A stretch of 64,000 nucleotides of DNA from an uncultured Clostridia bacterium (GTDB lineage Bacteria > Bacillota > Clostridia > Oscillospirales > Oscillospiraceae): NCBI GenBank assembly GCA_945875335.1, contig CAMCKD010000003.1:5693-69692 (forward strand), in the 5' to 3' direction. Made by a program: the position numbers and the translations under genes. The stretch's first letter is position 1. Each line of letters begins with the position of its first letter. Of this stretch, positions 8,884 to 18,583 are shown piece after piece. A model generated the notes under the pieces. That model was given only the letters and a program-made list of their open reading frames with translations. It ran no database searches and was not told where the DNA came from.

Positions 8884-11022
8884 ATGGTTATTTCGGATTT
8901 GGAGATTACCCAGGCCTCCATGGAGCTGGTGGGCGGTTTTGTGACCGCTATGCTGGCAGTCATTATTATCATCAACAGGCACGAAGAAACCAGCATGAAG
9001 CTGATTGTCAAGATGTTCTTCCTCTCCGCTGCCCTGTTTGTGTTTGATGCCCTTGCCTACCTTTTCCGGGGGAACACCAATTCTCTGAGCCTGATCATGA
9101 CCAGGGTCAGCAATCTGGCCGTGTTCTTCCTGAACTTCCTGCTGGCCTATGTGGCAAATGAATATATCTACAGTATTTTGCGGGAAAAGCAAGTCACCCC
9201 CGTGAAAATCTACCGGCAGATTGTCCGCTTCGGCTTTTGGACGGCGCTGGTGATGCTGGCTGTGAACCTGTTCACCGGCTGGATGTACTTCTTTGACGCA
9301 TCCAACTACTACCACCGGGATTGGGGCTGGTATGTCTACACCGGGCTGTCGCTGGTGTGCCTGTCCGCCTCCTGCACCTTGGTCATCCGATACCGCAAAG
9401 CCCTGGATCGGCTGACATTGTTCTCACTGCTGTCTTTCGAGCTCTTCCCCATTGCCGCCGTCGTCATCCAGTCTATCTTCTATGGCATTTCCATCACCAA
9501 CATCGGCATTGCGGTGACCATCATCCTGATGCTGGTGGCCTATCTTGTGAACTGGAACCGCTCCGGCATCAGTGAACGGTTCAACACGGAGCAGCTCCGG
9601 CGCTCCTACGACACCACGGTTCTGTTTGCGATCATGGTTGTCAGCATCAGCGCCTCCATCATGTCCTGCATCTTTTCCATCCGCCAGATTTCCGCGGAGA
9701 TTTCGGTGAGCAGCAGCCAGGTGATTGCCCACATCGTCAATGACCGTATCGAGAATCTATTTCTGCGGCCCATCACCGTCACCGAAACCATGTCCAAGGA
9801 CTACAGCCTGCAGCAATACATGAGCAAGAGCAACCAGCAGGAGGACACCGAAGAGGAAATGGCCGCCTATCTGGAATCCATTCGCTCCGGCTTCGACTAT
9901 CAAATGGTGTATGCCGTGTGCGACCAGTCCGGTGCTTACTACACCTATGACGGCTTTGTGAAAACCGTTGACCCGGAGCACGACCCAACCGATGCCTGGT
10001 ACCGGGATTTTCTCGCCACGGGACAGAACTATGCCCTGCAGGCGGACACTGACGCGGCAAACAACTGGGACCTATCCATGTTTGTCAACACCGCCGTCCG
10101 GGACGAGGATGGGCAGCTGCTGGGAGTCTGCGGTGTGGGTCTTGAAATGACGGAATTGCAGCGCCAGCTGGCAGAATTTGAAGAGAAATATCACATCCGC
10201 ATCACCCTTTCCAGCCGGACGGGTCAGGCGGTCATCACCTCGGAAAGTGTCAGGCTGGGGGTGGATGCCGTCAGCGTCCAGGTGCCCCAGGGTGTGAACG
10301 GGGAATCCTTCACCCTCTGGAAGCACGATGACATCACCGCCATGACCAAGCTGGCAGAGGGGCTGGACTGGTACCTCACCGTTGAAGATTTGTCCCCCGG
10401 GCGGGTGGACATTACCAAGTTGATTGTGCCCAATGTAGTCATTTTCATGATGGGCCTGTTCATGCTGGCGGTGGCCTTCTGCGTCATCACCATCCGGGAG
10501 CGAAAGATTGCCGCCGAGCTGTTGGAAAAGCGGAAAACCTCTCTAAGCGACGAGCTCACGGGCCTTAAAAACCGCCGGGCCCTGCAGCAGGACAGCAAGG
10601 AGCTGGAGCAGTCCGGCAAGATTTACCAGCACATCGTGATTCTGATGGATTTGAACGGTCTGAAAGCCACCAACGATACCCTGGGCCACCAGGCGGGCGA
10701 CGAGCTGATCATCGGCACCGCCCAATGCCTGCGCCAGTGTCTGGGAGAGCACGGGCAGCTGTACCGCACCGGCGGCGACGAATTCGTTGCGGTGCTCCAC
10801 TGCAGCGGCCAGGAGCTGGAGCGAGCCCTGAAAGAATTCGACCAGCTGACCTCCATCTGGCGCGGCGCCCAAACCGGGCCCATTTCCACCGCCCGGGGCG
10901 TGGTGAACTGCGCAGACTACCCCTACCTGAATCTGGCCGCCCTGATTGACATGGCAGACCGTCGGATGTACGAGGACAAAAAGCAATACTACCTGAACAC
11001 CGGCAAGAAACAACGGCATTAA
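8884..11022 (+). CDS. membrane diguanylate cyclase (multi-TM + extracytoplasmic sensor + GGDEF)
   Basis: LTGLKNRRAL, LMDLNGLKATND, YRTGGDEFVAV; GGAGGG 6 nt upstream of the ATG. Confidence 0.85.
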   Translation: MVISDLEITQASMELVGGFVTAMLAVIIIINRHEETSMKLIVKMFFLSAALFVFDALAYLFRGNTNSLSLIMTRVSNLAVFFLNFLLAYVANEYIYSILREKQVTPVKIYRQIVRFGFWTALVMLAVNLFTGWMYFFDASNYYHRDWGWYVYTGLSLVCLSASCTLVIRYRKALDRLTLFSLLSFELFPIAAVVIQSIFYGISITNIGIAVTIILMLVAYLVNWNRSGISERFNTEQLRRSYDTTVLFAIMVVSISASIMSCIFSIRQISAEISVSSSQVIAHIVNDRIENLFLRPITVTETMSKDYSLQQYMSKSNQQEDTEEEMAAYLESIRSGFDYQMVYAVCDQSGAYYTYDGFVKTVDPEHDPTDAWYRDFLATGQNYALQADTDAANNWDLSMFVNTAVRDEDGQLLGVCGVGLEMTELQRQLAEFEEKYHIRITLSSRTGQAVITSESVRLGVDAVSVQVPQGVNGESFTLWKHDDITAMTKLAEGLDWYLTVEDLSPGRVDITKLIVPNVVIFMMGLFMLAVAFCVITIRERKIAAELLEKRKTSLSDELTGLKNRRALQQDSKELEQSGKIYQHIVILMDLNGLKATNDTLGHQAGDELIIGTAQCLRQCLGEHGQLYRTGGDEFVAVLHCSGQELERALKEFDQLTSIWRGAQTGPISTARGVVNCADYPYLNLAALIDMADRRMYEDKKQYYLNTGKKQRH

Positions 11023-11030
11023 CACACAAG

Positions 11031-11062
11031 CGGCGCTGCCTGATGCAGCGCCGTATTATTAT
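11031..11062 (+). terminator. hairpin terminator
   Basis: GGCGCTGC / GCAGCGCC stem followed by GTATTATTAT. Confidence 0.5.
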
Positions 11063-11064
11063 AT

Positions 11065-11250
11065 AAATTGTCGTTTGTTGCACCCTTGCCCTCCCCTCTG
11101 GGGAGGGTGGCCGAGCGCCAGCGAGGTCGGGAGAGGTGTCGCCCGTTAAAGCGCATCAGCAACGAATGTTCGACACCCCCTCAGTCAGCCCGTTTAGGCT
11201 GACAGCTCCCCCAGAGGGGGAGCCAAGGGCATCCCTACAAACAACAATTT
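11065..11250. repeat. type-1 MITE-like repeat, copy R2
   Basis: AAATTG..GTTTG / CAAACAACAATTT ends; internal hairpins CCCTCCCC-TCT-GGGGAGGG and GCTCCCCC-AGA-GGGGGAGC; similar to 48939..49131. Confidence 0.75.
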
Positions 11251-11260
11251 TCCAAACATT

Positions 11261-13120
11261 CTATTTGGATTTTTTCTTTTTCTGCTGCTTCCGCTGGTAC
11301 ATCCTTTGGTCGGCCTGGCGGATGTAATATTCCAGGCTCTCCGGGGAATCCTCCGGGATGATGGCGCAGCCGGTGCTGGCGGACAGAGGGAAGGGCAGAT
11401 TCCGCTCTTCTCCCAGATTGGAAATGGTCTGCTCCACCTGGGCCATGATGCGGTCCGTTTCCGTCAGGCCCGGGTCGGTGCCCAGCAGGAGGAACTCGTC
11501 GCCGCCGTAGCGCACGGCAAAGTCCAGCCACAGGGTGCAGACTGTGGTCACAGCATCGGCAATGGTTTTCAGCGCCAGATCGCCCACATCGTGGCCATAA
11601 ACGTCGTTAGCCTTTTTCAGGCAGTCCATATCCACAAAAATCACCAGGGTTCCCTTCCCCTGCTCCCGGTTTCGGCGCAGCAGCTGCTCCCCCAGTTCCT
11701 TCAAGGCGAAGCGGTTATACAGCCCCGTGAGGGAATCCCGCCGGTAGAGCTCGTTGAGCTTCCGATTCATGATCTGCAGATTGAGGTTCTGCCGCAGGTT
11801 CTCCATGGCATTATCCACCGCCAGCATCCACTCGCTGAGCAGATTCTGCCGGATGACCTCAATATTGTCGATGGTGACCCAGTAGCCGAACTTCTTTCCG
11901 TTGCAGTGACAGGGAGAAAAGAGGTAGGTGTGGCACTGGCCCTCCTCCCGCAGCCATGGGGTAGGAATCAAATCGGAATCCTCTCCCCCGGTGACCCGGA
12001 TGCGGGTGCCGTTGTAAATACCGAAGAACAGCCTGTCCTCCCGGGCGTATTCCTCAATCTGCCGGGAATTCAGCGCCATCATGAACCGCTCCATCCCCAG
12101 CAGCGGAGCAAAGCGGGACAGGATTTCCACAAATTCCTCCGGGCTGCGCCTTCCCAACAGGGCGGTGCGCATATGCTTCAAATGCAGACGTATCTGATTG
12201 TTGGCAGCATTGATGTCATAGAGCTCCTGCCGGAAGCTGCCGTCGCCCTCGTTTTCAGACCGATCACCGGTGCTCTGGCTCAGAGCAAGCTGAAAGGGCA
12301 CATACCACTGCTTGGGGCTGTCCTTCCCCATTACCAAATCGTCCAAAAAGCAGACGCTGCTACGGCCCAGCTCCTCCTGGGTTCGATCCACCGAGGTGAC
12401 TCCGGGAAAATACTGCTGAGCATGCTTGGTGTTGTCGAAGCCAGTGATCAGAAAATCCTCCGGCGCACTGAGTCCGTCCTGGGCCGCAGCCTTGAGATAA
12501 CCAATGGCCATATAGTCATTGGCACAGACCACCGCCTCCGGGTGTTCCAGCCCCAACTCCTTGAAATCCCGGTAAGCCTGGACACCACCCAAGGTCATAA
12601 AGTTATAATCCCGTACCCGGCGGGGGTCGCAGGGCAGGCCGCACCGCTCCAAGGTATCCAGAAACGCCGCCTTGCGAAGCATATTTTCTTGATTGTCCCT
12701 GGGGCCGCCCACATAATTCAGCACCCGGCAGCCCTTCACCCGCACCAGATGCTCCACCACCGCGCACATAGCCCGGTAATTGTCCACGCCGATGATGTGC
12801 TCCATGCCGGAGGGCTGCTCCACTCCCACGCAGGGGATGCCCAACTGGCGGATTTTCCGTCCCAGCTGCTCCACCCAAGGCTCCGATCCCACATTGTTGG
12901 CTGCAATCAGAGCCCCGTCAAACTCCGTCAAATCCGGCAGGAAAAACACATTGTATTCCCCGCTGGTAAAGGATTCGTATTCCCGGTCGGAATCCCCATA
13001 GCTGTTAAAGATGTATAGATCCGCCTCTCGCTCCCGCGCACCCTGTTTCATGCCCTGCAAAAATGGATAGAGGTAGTCCGCGTTCCACGTAGCAGAAAAA
13101 ACGGCAAATTTTTTCCGCAC
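11261..13120 (-). CDS. cytoplasmic diguanylate cyclase with N-terminal LacI/PBP1-type sugar-binding-like domain + GGDEF
   Basis: GTG start behind AAGGAGAGGGGGAAGG; LTGLYNRFAL, VDMDCLKKANDVYGHDVGD, RYGGDEFLLL; N-terminal half resembles periplasmic-binding-fold type 1. Confidence 0.8.
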   Translation of the reverse strand: MRKKFAVFSATWNADYLYPFLQGMKQGAREREADLYIFNSYGDSDREYESFTSGEYNVFFLPDLTEFDGALIAANNVGSEPWVEQLGRKIRQLGIPCVGVEQPSGMEHIIGVDNYRAMCAVVEHLVRVKGCRVLNYVGGPRDNQENMLRKAAFLDTLERCGLPCDPRRVRDYNFMTLGGVQAYRDFKELGLEHPEAVVCANDYMAIGYLKAAAQDGLSAPEDFLITGFDNTKHAQQYFPGVTSVDRTQEELGRSSVCFLDDLVMGKDSPKQWYVPFQLALSQSTGDRSENEGDGSFRQELYDINAANNQIRLHLKHMRTALLGRRSPEEFVEILSRFAPLLGMERFMMALNSRQIEEYAREDRLFFGIYNGTRIRVTGGEDSDLIPTPWLREEGQCHTYLFSPCHCNGKKFGYWVTIDNIEVIRQNLLSEWMLAVDNAMENLRQNLNLQIMNRKLNELYRRDSLTGLYNRFALKELGEQLLRRNREQGKGTLVIFVDMDCLKKANDVYGHDVGDLALKTIADAVTTVCTLWLDFAVRYGGDEFLLLGTDPGLTETDRIMAQVEQTISNLGEERNLPFPLSASTGCAIIPEDSPESLEYYIRQADQRMYQRKQQKKKKSK

Positions 13121-13320
13121 TGTCCTTCCCCCTCTCCTTTTCCAAGAATACCGCAGTTCAACTCATTTTTATCTTTATCATTATAGCAGGAAATGCTCCA
13201 AATGCAAACCGTTGTAACTGCCAAAAATTCAGGGTCACATCTATGAAATACCACAATAGAAAAGCGTCGAATCCTGCCATAGAACAGCGCCGACGGGATT
13301 GCCGTCGGCGCTGAGTGGGA

Positions 13321-14268
13321 TTATTCTTCGGGGTCCTTTGCTGCTTCCCGGAAGATGGCGGCCAGCAGCTCGGAGTCCACGTCCATATCCGTATCCACGG
13401 CGGTAAAGTCCTCCTGCTCCGGCCGGACATAGGCAGTGCGGAAGCCCTCTCCGGCATCGGTCTGCTGGGGTTCGGGCTGCTGCACAGGAGGCTGGTACTG
13501 CTGGGGAGCCTGGAACCTTCCAGCCGGGGCCTGGAATTTTCCTACCCGGTATTGCTGGCTGGGCTGGGGGGCGGGCTCCCGGTTGATATGGCTGGAGGCC
13601 TCCTGGGCAAAGGCGGCAGCTCTGGCCTGGTCGGCAGCGGTGGGACGCGGTGCTGGATTCTGCTGACTCACACTCTGCTGCGGCACTGCTCCAGGACGCT
13701 GGGCGGGCCGGGGTGCCACAGGCCGGTTGGCACCGCAGACGGCGCAATAGGGCCCTGTGTTCCGGCTCTTGTCCCGGGGACAGACCCACACTCCGTTAGC
13801 CGTGGGCCGAGGCGGGGTTTGATTGGTTTGACGGGGTGCGGCATAGCTTTCCGTGGTATTTCTTCGGGGACGGGGCGCCTCAAAGTCCTCCACCGGGGCC
13901 CGGCGGGGACGGGGCGGCTCTTCCTCCTGCACACGGCGGCTCCTTCCGGCAGGCCGCTCCGGGGGCAGTACCTTTTGCAGCACCAGATAGACCACGCCGG
14001 AGGTGGCGGCAAACACCGCAATGAACACCATCACAATGACCGCGATCCAGACTCCCGCATTGGAGCCGCTGCGAACCGCCGTTCCAGCGCCGACGCCGGA
14101 GAGGGAGCTGTAGCAATCCTCGCAGACATAACCCGCCCCGGTGCTGTAGCCGGAGCCCCGAATGGTCTTGCCGCACCAGACGCACTGCTTGCTGCTGCAG
14201 CCTGCCAGCAATGCAGCCAGCATCAACACCGCCAGAAACAGGGCGGTGATTTTTCTGATTCTTTTCAT
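13321..14268 (-). CDS. proline-rich lipoprotein/membrane protein with two zinc-ribbon-like CxxC pairs
   Basis: MKRIRKITALFLAVLMLAALLAGCS lipobox; CVWCG..CEDCY and CPRD..CAVCG; TM segment; long P/Q-rich tail. Confidence 0.6.
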   Translation of the reverse strand: MKRIRKITALFLAVLMLAALLAGCSSKQCVWCGKTIRGSGYSTGAGYVCEDCYSSLSGVGAGTAVRSGSNAGVWIAVIVMVFIAVFAATSGVVYLVLQKVLPPERPAGRSRRVQEEEPPRPRRAPVEDFEAPRPRRNTTESYAAPRQTNQTPPRPTANGVWVCPRDKSRNTGPYCAVCGANRPVAPRPAQRPGAVPQQSVSQQNPAPRPTAADQARAAAFAQEASSHINREPAPQPSQQYRVGKFQAPAGRFQAPQQYQPPVQQPEPQQTDAGEGFRTAYVRPEQEDFTAVDTDMDVDSELLAAIFREAAKDPEE

Positions 14269-14387
14269 TTTCTGTTCATCCTTTCTCCCACTGGGAACCA
14301 TCCTTTCCAAGGCTGCTTTGTATCCTATATTCTATCACATTCCCCTTCCCAGCGCAAGTACCACTTCCGCGCCCTCAGATTTATCCG

Positions 14388-14416
14388 TTGACTTTCCCCC
14401 GGCAGCGGAATATAAT
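14388..14416 (+). promoter_or_regulatory. sigma-A-type promoter (TTGACT-17-TATAAT)
   Basis: -35 at 14388..14393, -10 at 14411..14416. Confidence 0.6.
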
Positions 14417-14460
14417 ATTACAAAATTAAAAGAATAACTGAACCGAAAGGAGGGTTCCCT

Positions 14461-15186
14461 ATGACACCTGCTGTTCCTGCTCCCCTGGGGATTTGGGAAG
14501 TTTTTCTGAGAATGCTCTGCTCCATGGCGGTGGGCACCGTCATCGGCACGGAGCGGGAATTTTCCGGTCGTCCCGCAGGAATGAGAACCCACATTCTGGT
14601 GGCTCTGGGTGCCTGCGCCGTGATGCTCACCGGCCAGATGATCTATACCCAGTACAGCGCCTATGGTGCTGCCCCCGACCCCGCCCGGCTGGCGGCTCAG
14701 GTCATCACCGGCGTGGGCTTTCTGGGTGCGGGCACCATCATGCGGGAGGGACTCACCGTCCGGGGCCTGACCACCGCTGCCAGCCTTTGGGCCGTGGCCT
14801 GTCTGGGTGTCGCGGCGGGAGGCGGGTACTATTCCATCACTCTGGTTGGAATGGTGTTCATTTTCATCACCCTCACCGTATTTGAGATGCTGCAAAACCG
14901 ACTGATGGGCCAGCGCTGCGGCGTGATTTACTACTGTCTGGAAACCGGCGACATCGTCACAGGCCTCGAGGTGCTGAACCTCCACGCCCGGCGGCAGAAC
15001 GCGGGCATCCAGGACATGCGCACCCTGCGCCAACCTAACGGCAGCTATCAGCTTTTGTTCCAGGCGGACATCGGCGGCCTCCACAGCAAAAAGAGACGGC
15101 AGCGCTTCCTGGATGGTCTGGCCACGGAGCCCATCATCACCTCCATCCACATCACCTCCCATCGGGAAAAGGAACCCATCGAATAG
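14461..15186 (+). CDS. MgtC/SapB family membrane protein
   Basis: AVGTVIGTEREFSGRPAGMRTHILVALG signature and a C-terminal ACT-like region. Confidence 0.85.
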   Translation: MTPAVPAPLGIWEVFLRMLCSMAVGTVIGTEREFSGRPAGMRTHILVALGACAVMLTGQMIYTQYSAYGAAPDPARLAAQVITGVGFLGAGTIMREGLTVRGLTTAASLWAVACLGVAAGGGYYSITLVGMVFIFITLTVFEMLQNRLMGQRCGVIYYCLETGDIVTGLEVLNLHARRQNAGIQDMRTLRQPNGSYQLLFQADIGGLHSKKRRQRFLDGLATEPIITSIHITSHREKEPIE

Positions 15187-15196
15187 AAGAGATACA

Positions 15197-15889
15197 ATGA
15201 AAAGACACACCCTAAAAACCGCATTTCTGGACACCCTTCCCGTCATGACCGGGTACCTGTTCCTGGGTTTTGGCTTCGGAATCATTTTGCAGCAGAATGG
15301 CTACGGCGTCCTTTGGGCCCTGGCCATGAGCCTGTTTATCTACGCCGGCTCCATGCAGTATGTGGGCGTAGGGCTCCTCACCGGCGGAGCCAGCCTGGCC
15401 GCCGCAGCCCTGACCACTCTGATGGTCAACGCCCGCCACCTGTTCTACGGCATCTCCATGATCGACACCTATAAGGGAACGGGAAAGCGGAAGCCCTATC
15501 TGATCTTCGCCCTGACGGACGAGACCTATTCCCTGGTCTCCCGGAAGCTGCCGGAGGGGGTGGAGAAAACCGCCTACTGCTTTCTGGTGTCCCTGTTTGA
15601 CCAGTGCTATTGGGTGGCAGGCTCCGCCGTGGGAGCACTGGCGGGGAAGCTTCCCCTGGACTTCACGGGCATTGACTTTGCCCTCACCGCCCTGTTTGTC
15701 ACCATTTTCGTGGAGCAGTGGCTCAGCACCAAAAATCACCTGCCCGCCCTGGTGGGGGTGGGTTCCGCCGTCCTTTGTCTTGTGATTTTCGGGGCAGTGA
15801 ATTTCCTGATTCCCACCATGATTTTGATTGCAGCCATTTTGATCATGCTGCAAAAGACGGGAAAGGAGGAAACCCATGCAGCGCACTGA
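15197..15889 (+). CDS. azlC: AzlC family branched-chain amino acid exporter subunit
   Basis: Start chosen at MKRHTLKTAFLDTLPVMTGYL (in frame with track ORF 15113); typical AzlC TM pattern; followed by azlD. Confidence 0.8.
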   Translation: MKRHTLKTAFLDTLPVMTGYLFLGFGFGIILQQNGYGVLWALAMSLFIYAGSMQYVGVGLLTGGASLAAAALTTLMVNARHLFYGISMIDTYKGTGKRKPYLIFALTDETYSLVSRKLPEGVEKTAYCFLVSLFDQCYWVAGSAVGALAGKLPLDFTGIDFALTALFVTIFVEQWLSTKNHLPALVGVGSAVLCLVIFGAVNFLIPTMILIAAILIMLQKTGKEETHAAH

Positions 15890-16211
15890 GCTCCACGCCG
15901 CTGCCCTGATCGCCGTCATGGCCCTGGTCACCGCCGTGCTGCGGTTTCTCCCCTTCCTCATTTTCGGAGAAAATCGGGAAACCCCGGCCCTCATCACCCA
16001 CCTGGGCAAGGTGCTCCCCTACGCCATCATGGGGATGCTGGTGGTCTACTGTCTGAAAAATGTGAGCCTGCTCCAAAGCCCTCACGCCCTGCCGGAGCTG
16101 CTTGGCTGCGCCACAGTGGTTCTTCTCCACCTGTGGAAGCGGAATACCCTGCTCTCCATCTCCGGCGGCACCGCACTGTATATGCTGCTGGTGCAGGTCA
16201 TTTTCCCATAA
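15876..16211 (+). CDS. azlD: AzlD family branched-chain amino acid transport protein
   Basis: 111 aa, 4 TM, overlaps the azlC stop; GAAAGGAGGA upstream. Confidence 0.8.
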   Translation: MQRTELHAAALIAVMALVTAVLRFLPFLIFGENRETPALITHLGKVLPYAIMGMLVVYCLKNVSLLQSPHALPELLGCATVVLLHLWKRNTLLSISGGTALYMLLVQVIFP

Positions 16212-16251
16212 CCCAAGCCAATCGGCTGCCCCAATCGAGGCAGCCGGTCTT

Positions 16252-16740
16252 TTATTCCAGCGCCGCCCGCAGCTTTTTCAGCGCCCGCTTTTCAATGCGG
16301 GATACATAGCTTCTGCTGATACCGGTGCGCTCAGCCACCTCCCGTTGGCGCAGGGGTGTTTCTGTGTCCAGGCCGTAGCGCAGGCGAATCACCAGACGCT
16401 CCTGGTCCGTCAGGCAGCGATCCACCGCCCGGCGAAGCTGCTCCACAGACTCCCGGCCAGCCACCTGTTCCAGCAAATCCACGTCCTCGCTGACCACATC
16501 CATCAGCGCCAGCGGGGCTCCATCCGTTCCCGTGTCAATGTAATCCGACAAGGACACATCCTGGGCACTCTTCCGCCCCGCCCGAAAATGCATCAGGATT
16601 TCATTTTCCACACACCGGGCCGCATAGGTGGCAAGCCTCGCCCCCTTGGTGGGGTCGAAGGTAGTGATGCCCTTGATGAGGCCGATGGTTCCAATGGAAA
16701 TCAAATCCTCCTGGTCGGAGGTTTGGGAGTAGTATTTTTT
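16252..16740 (-). CDS. sigK: sigK 3' segment (sigma regions 2.2 to 4.2; spoIIIC-like half of a split gene)
   Basis: Frame open from 16764 reads KKYYSQTSDQEDLISIGTIGLIKGI..ATYAARCVENEILMHFR..ISRSYVSRIEKRALKKL; no native start codon. Confidence 0.85.
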   Translation of the reverse strand, partial: KKYYSQTSDQEDLISIGTIGLIKGITTFDPTKGARLATYAARCVENEILMHFRAGRKSAQDVSLSDYIDTGTDGAPLALMDVVSEDVDLLEQVAGRESVEQLRRAVDRCLTDQERLVIRLRYGLDTETPLRQREVAERTGISRSYVSRIEKRALKKLRAALE

Positions 16741-18368
16741 AGACGGTTGATGCTCGTGGGTAGGTTATGAGGCGAGTAAATCGCCTCATATTGCTGCCCC
16801 AACTTGAGATACACATCTAGATGGATTTCCTCCTTCGTACTCTCCTTTTTCACAACAATTTTCTCTAAAATCGTCGTAAGAAGTGCCGAGTTTGGCTCAC
16901 CCTCGAAACTCAATTCCCGGTCGAGAACCCGCCGGATTTCGGCTTCATTCAGCTTGCCGTCACCGGCGCGCTCTTCTTCCTTCCGAATGGCATCCAGTTG
17001 GCTTTCACACTCCCGGAGCCGGACATTCAGGGCGTCGTTTCGCTTTTTGAACTCGGGTGCATCCAGCGCCCCGGCAATGCTCAAATCCAGCAGACGATCC
17101 TTCTTTTTCTCAATCTCGTCCATTTCCTCCAGCACCCGGCTGCGGAGCCTGTCATAGTCCACCTCCTTTGGGACGCTGGTAATCACCTTCACCAGAGAAT
17201 CGATGATGGCCTTCTTATCCTTTATCAGTTCCTTGAAGATTTCCGTGAGAATTGCATCCACTTCACTGCTGCGAATCTGGGGGGCAGAGCACCCGGATCG
17301 GCCGTGGCTGCGGTACACCTTGCACTGCCAGACCTCCTGCTTGCCCTTTTTGTTTTCCAGCACCTGCCGGTGGAAGGTAGTGCCGTGTTCTTCGCAGATG
17401 ATTTTTGCACTGTAGGGATACCGGTTTTGAAAGCTGACGCCGCTGCTGTGACTCATGGTTTCTTCTCTCCTTTTCTTATACAGGGCATTTGCACGATCCC
17501 ATAATTCTTCCGGGACAATGGCGGGAATGGACGGGTCGGAGTACATGACCCATTCACTTTCATCCAGAAATGCTTTTTTCTTGGTGCGGTAGTCGAGGCT
17601 GGAGGTCTTGTTGCCGCAGTACCAGCCCTTGTATTTTGGATTCTCCAAAATATGGCGAATGGTCAGGGTATTGAAGGCATTCCCCTCCCGGCTGGTGTAG
17701 CCCATCTCCGTCAGCTTCTTGGAGATACTCCGTGTACCCAACTTCTGGTTGGCGTAGAGGTCGAAAATAATGCGGATAATCTCCGCTTCCTCCGCATTTG
17801 TGGTCAGAACGCAGTCCTTTTTGTCGTAGCCGTAGAGCTTATCATTGCCCAGCACATGACCGTTTTTGATGGCCTGCCGGAAACCGAATTTCAGTCGCTC
17901 TGAAAGTTTCCGAATCTCATCCTGGGCAACACCTGCCATGATGACCAGCCGGAATTCGCTGTCCGTGTCCAGGGTGTTGATATTGTCGTTCTGGAACAGT
18001 ACCCCCACATTGTTTTCCAGCAACTCCTGGGTGTATTTGATGCTGTCCAGGGTGGAGCGGGAAAACCGGGAGATTTCTTTGGTGATGATGAAGTCAAACA
18101 TCCCGGCTTTTGCGTCCCGAATCATGCGGTTGAAATCATCCCGCTTCTTTGTGGTGCCGCCGGAAATGCCTTCGTCGATGTACCCCGGCACAAAGCGCCA
18201 GTTGGGCTTACTTTGAATCAGCTCTGTATAATACTGCACCTGATTTTCCAGACTGTTAATCTGTTCGTCCTGATCTGTGGAAACCCGGGCGTAGAATGTG
18301 ACCCGGAGGGGCAGGTCGTAGATTGACCTCCCCGCCCGCAGCTCAGCACGGATTTTTCTCACATCCAT
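16701..18368 (-). CDS. large serine recombinase (SpoIVCA-like)
   Basis: YARVSTDQDEQ catalytic Ser motif, resolvase + recombinase + zinc-ribbon + coiled-coil architecture; AGGAGG 6 nt before the ATG at 18368. Confidence 0.9.
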   Translation of the reverse strand: MDVRKIRAELRAGRSIYDLPLRVTFYARVSTDQDEQINSLENQVQYYTELIQSKPNWRFVPGYIDEGISGGTTKKRDDFNRMIRDAKAGMFDFIITKEISRFSRSTLDSIKYTQELLENNVGVLFQNDNINTLDTDSEFRLVIMAGVAQDEIRKLSERLKFGFRQAIKNGHVLGNDKLYGYDKKDCVLTTNAEEAEIIRIIFDLYANQKLGTRSISKKLTEMGYTSREGNAFNTLTIRHILENPKYKGWYCGNKTSSLDYRTKKKAFLDESEWVMYSDPSIPAIVPEELWDRANALYKKRREETMSHSSGVSFQNRYPYSAKIICEEHGTTFHRQVLENKKGKQEVWQCKVYRSHGRSGCSAPQIRSSEVDAILTEIFKELIKDKKAIIDSLVKVITSVPKEVDYDRLRSRVLEEMDEIEKKKDRLLDLSIAGALDAPEFKKRNDALNVRLRECESQLDAIRKEEERAGDGKLNEAEIRRVLDRELSFEGEPNSALLTTILEKIVVKKESTKEEIHLDVYLKLGQQYEAIYSPHNLPTSINRLKNTTPKPPTRRI

Positions 18369-18531
18369 GTGCATCCTCCTTTCTTGCCTCAGTATCGCAG
18401 AAAAAGTCCGGCAAGTCCAATGTGCCCAGGATTTTGTTCCGGGATTTGTCGTGAATATCCCGGGAAATCAGTTCCTTATCCAAAAGTGTCTGCAATAGGA
18501 CGCATAGAATATCCTGCTGTACCTCATTCAT
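18343..18531 (-). CDS. small hypothetical protein upstream of and overlapping the recombinase gene
   Basis: 62-aa ORF (MNEVQQDILCVLLQTLLDKELISRDIHDK..); overlaps the recombinase start. Confidence 0.4.
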   Translation of the reverse strand: MNEVQQDILCVLLQTLLDKELISRDIHDKSRNKILGTLDLPDFFCDTEARKEDAHGCEKNPC

Positions 18532-18583
18532 GCCCACTCACCTCGTAACACCCTATGCGTGTTCCTTTTCATCATGCCGCACC

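Noticed and set aside
11306-13018. 570-aa plus-strand ORF opposite the PBP1-GGDEF gene
   Set aside because: Antisense artefact. The GGDEF motifs are in the minus frame.
13315-16009. Long ORFs 13315..14391 (+), 14335..15285 (-) and 15212..16009 (-)
   Set aside because: They overlap the proline-rich lipoprotein, MgtC and AzlC genes on the opposite strand. Their composition is Arg/Gly/Pro-rich and no RBS is present.
16102-16770. 222-aa plus-strand ORF across the sigK 3' half
   Set aside because: Antisense to an unmistakable sigma region 2-4 sequence.
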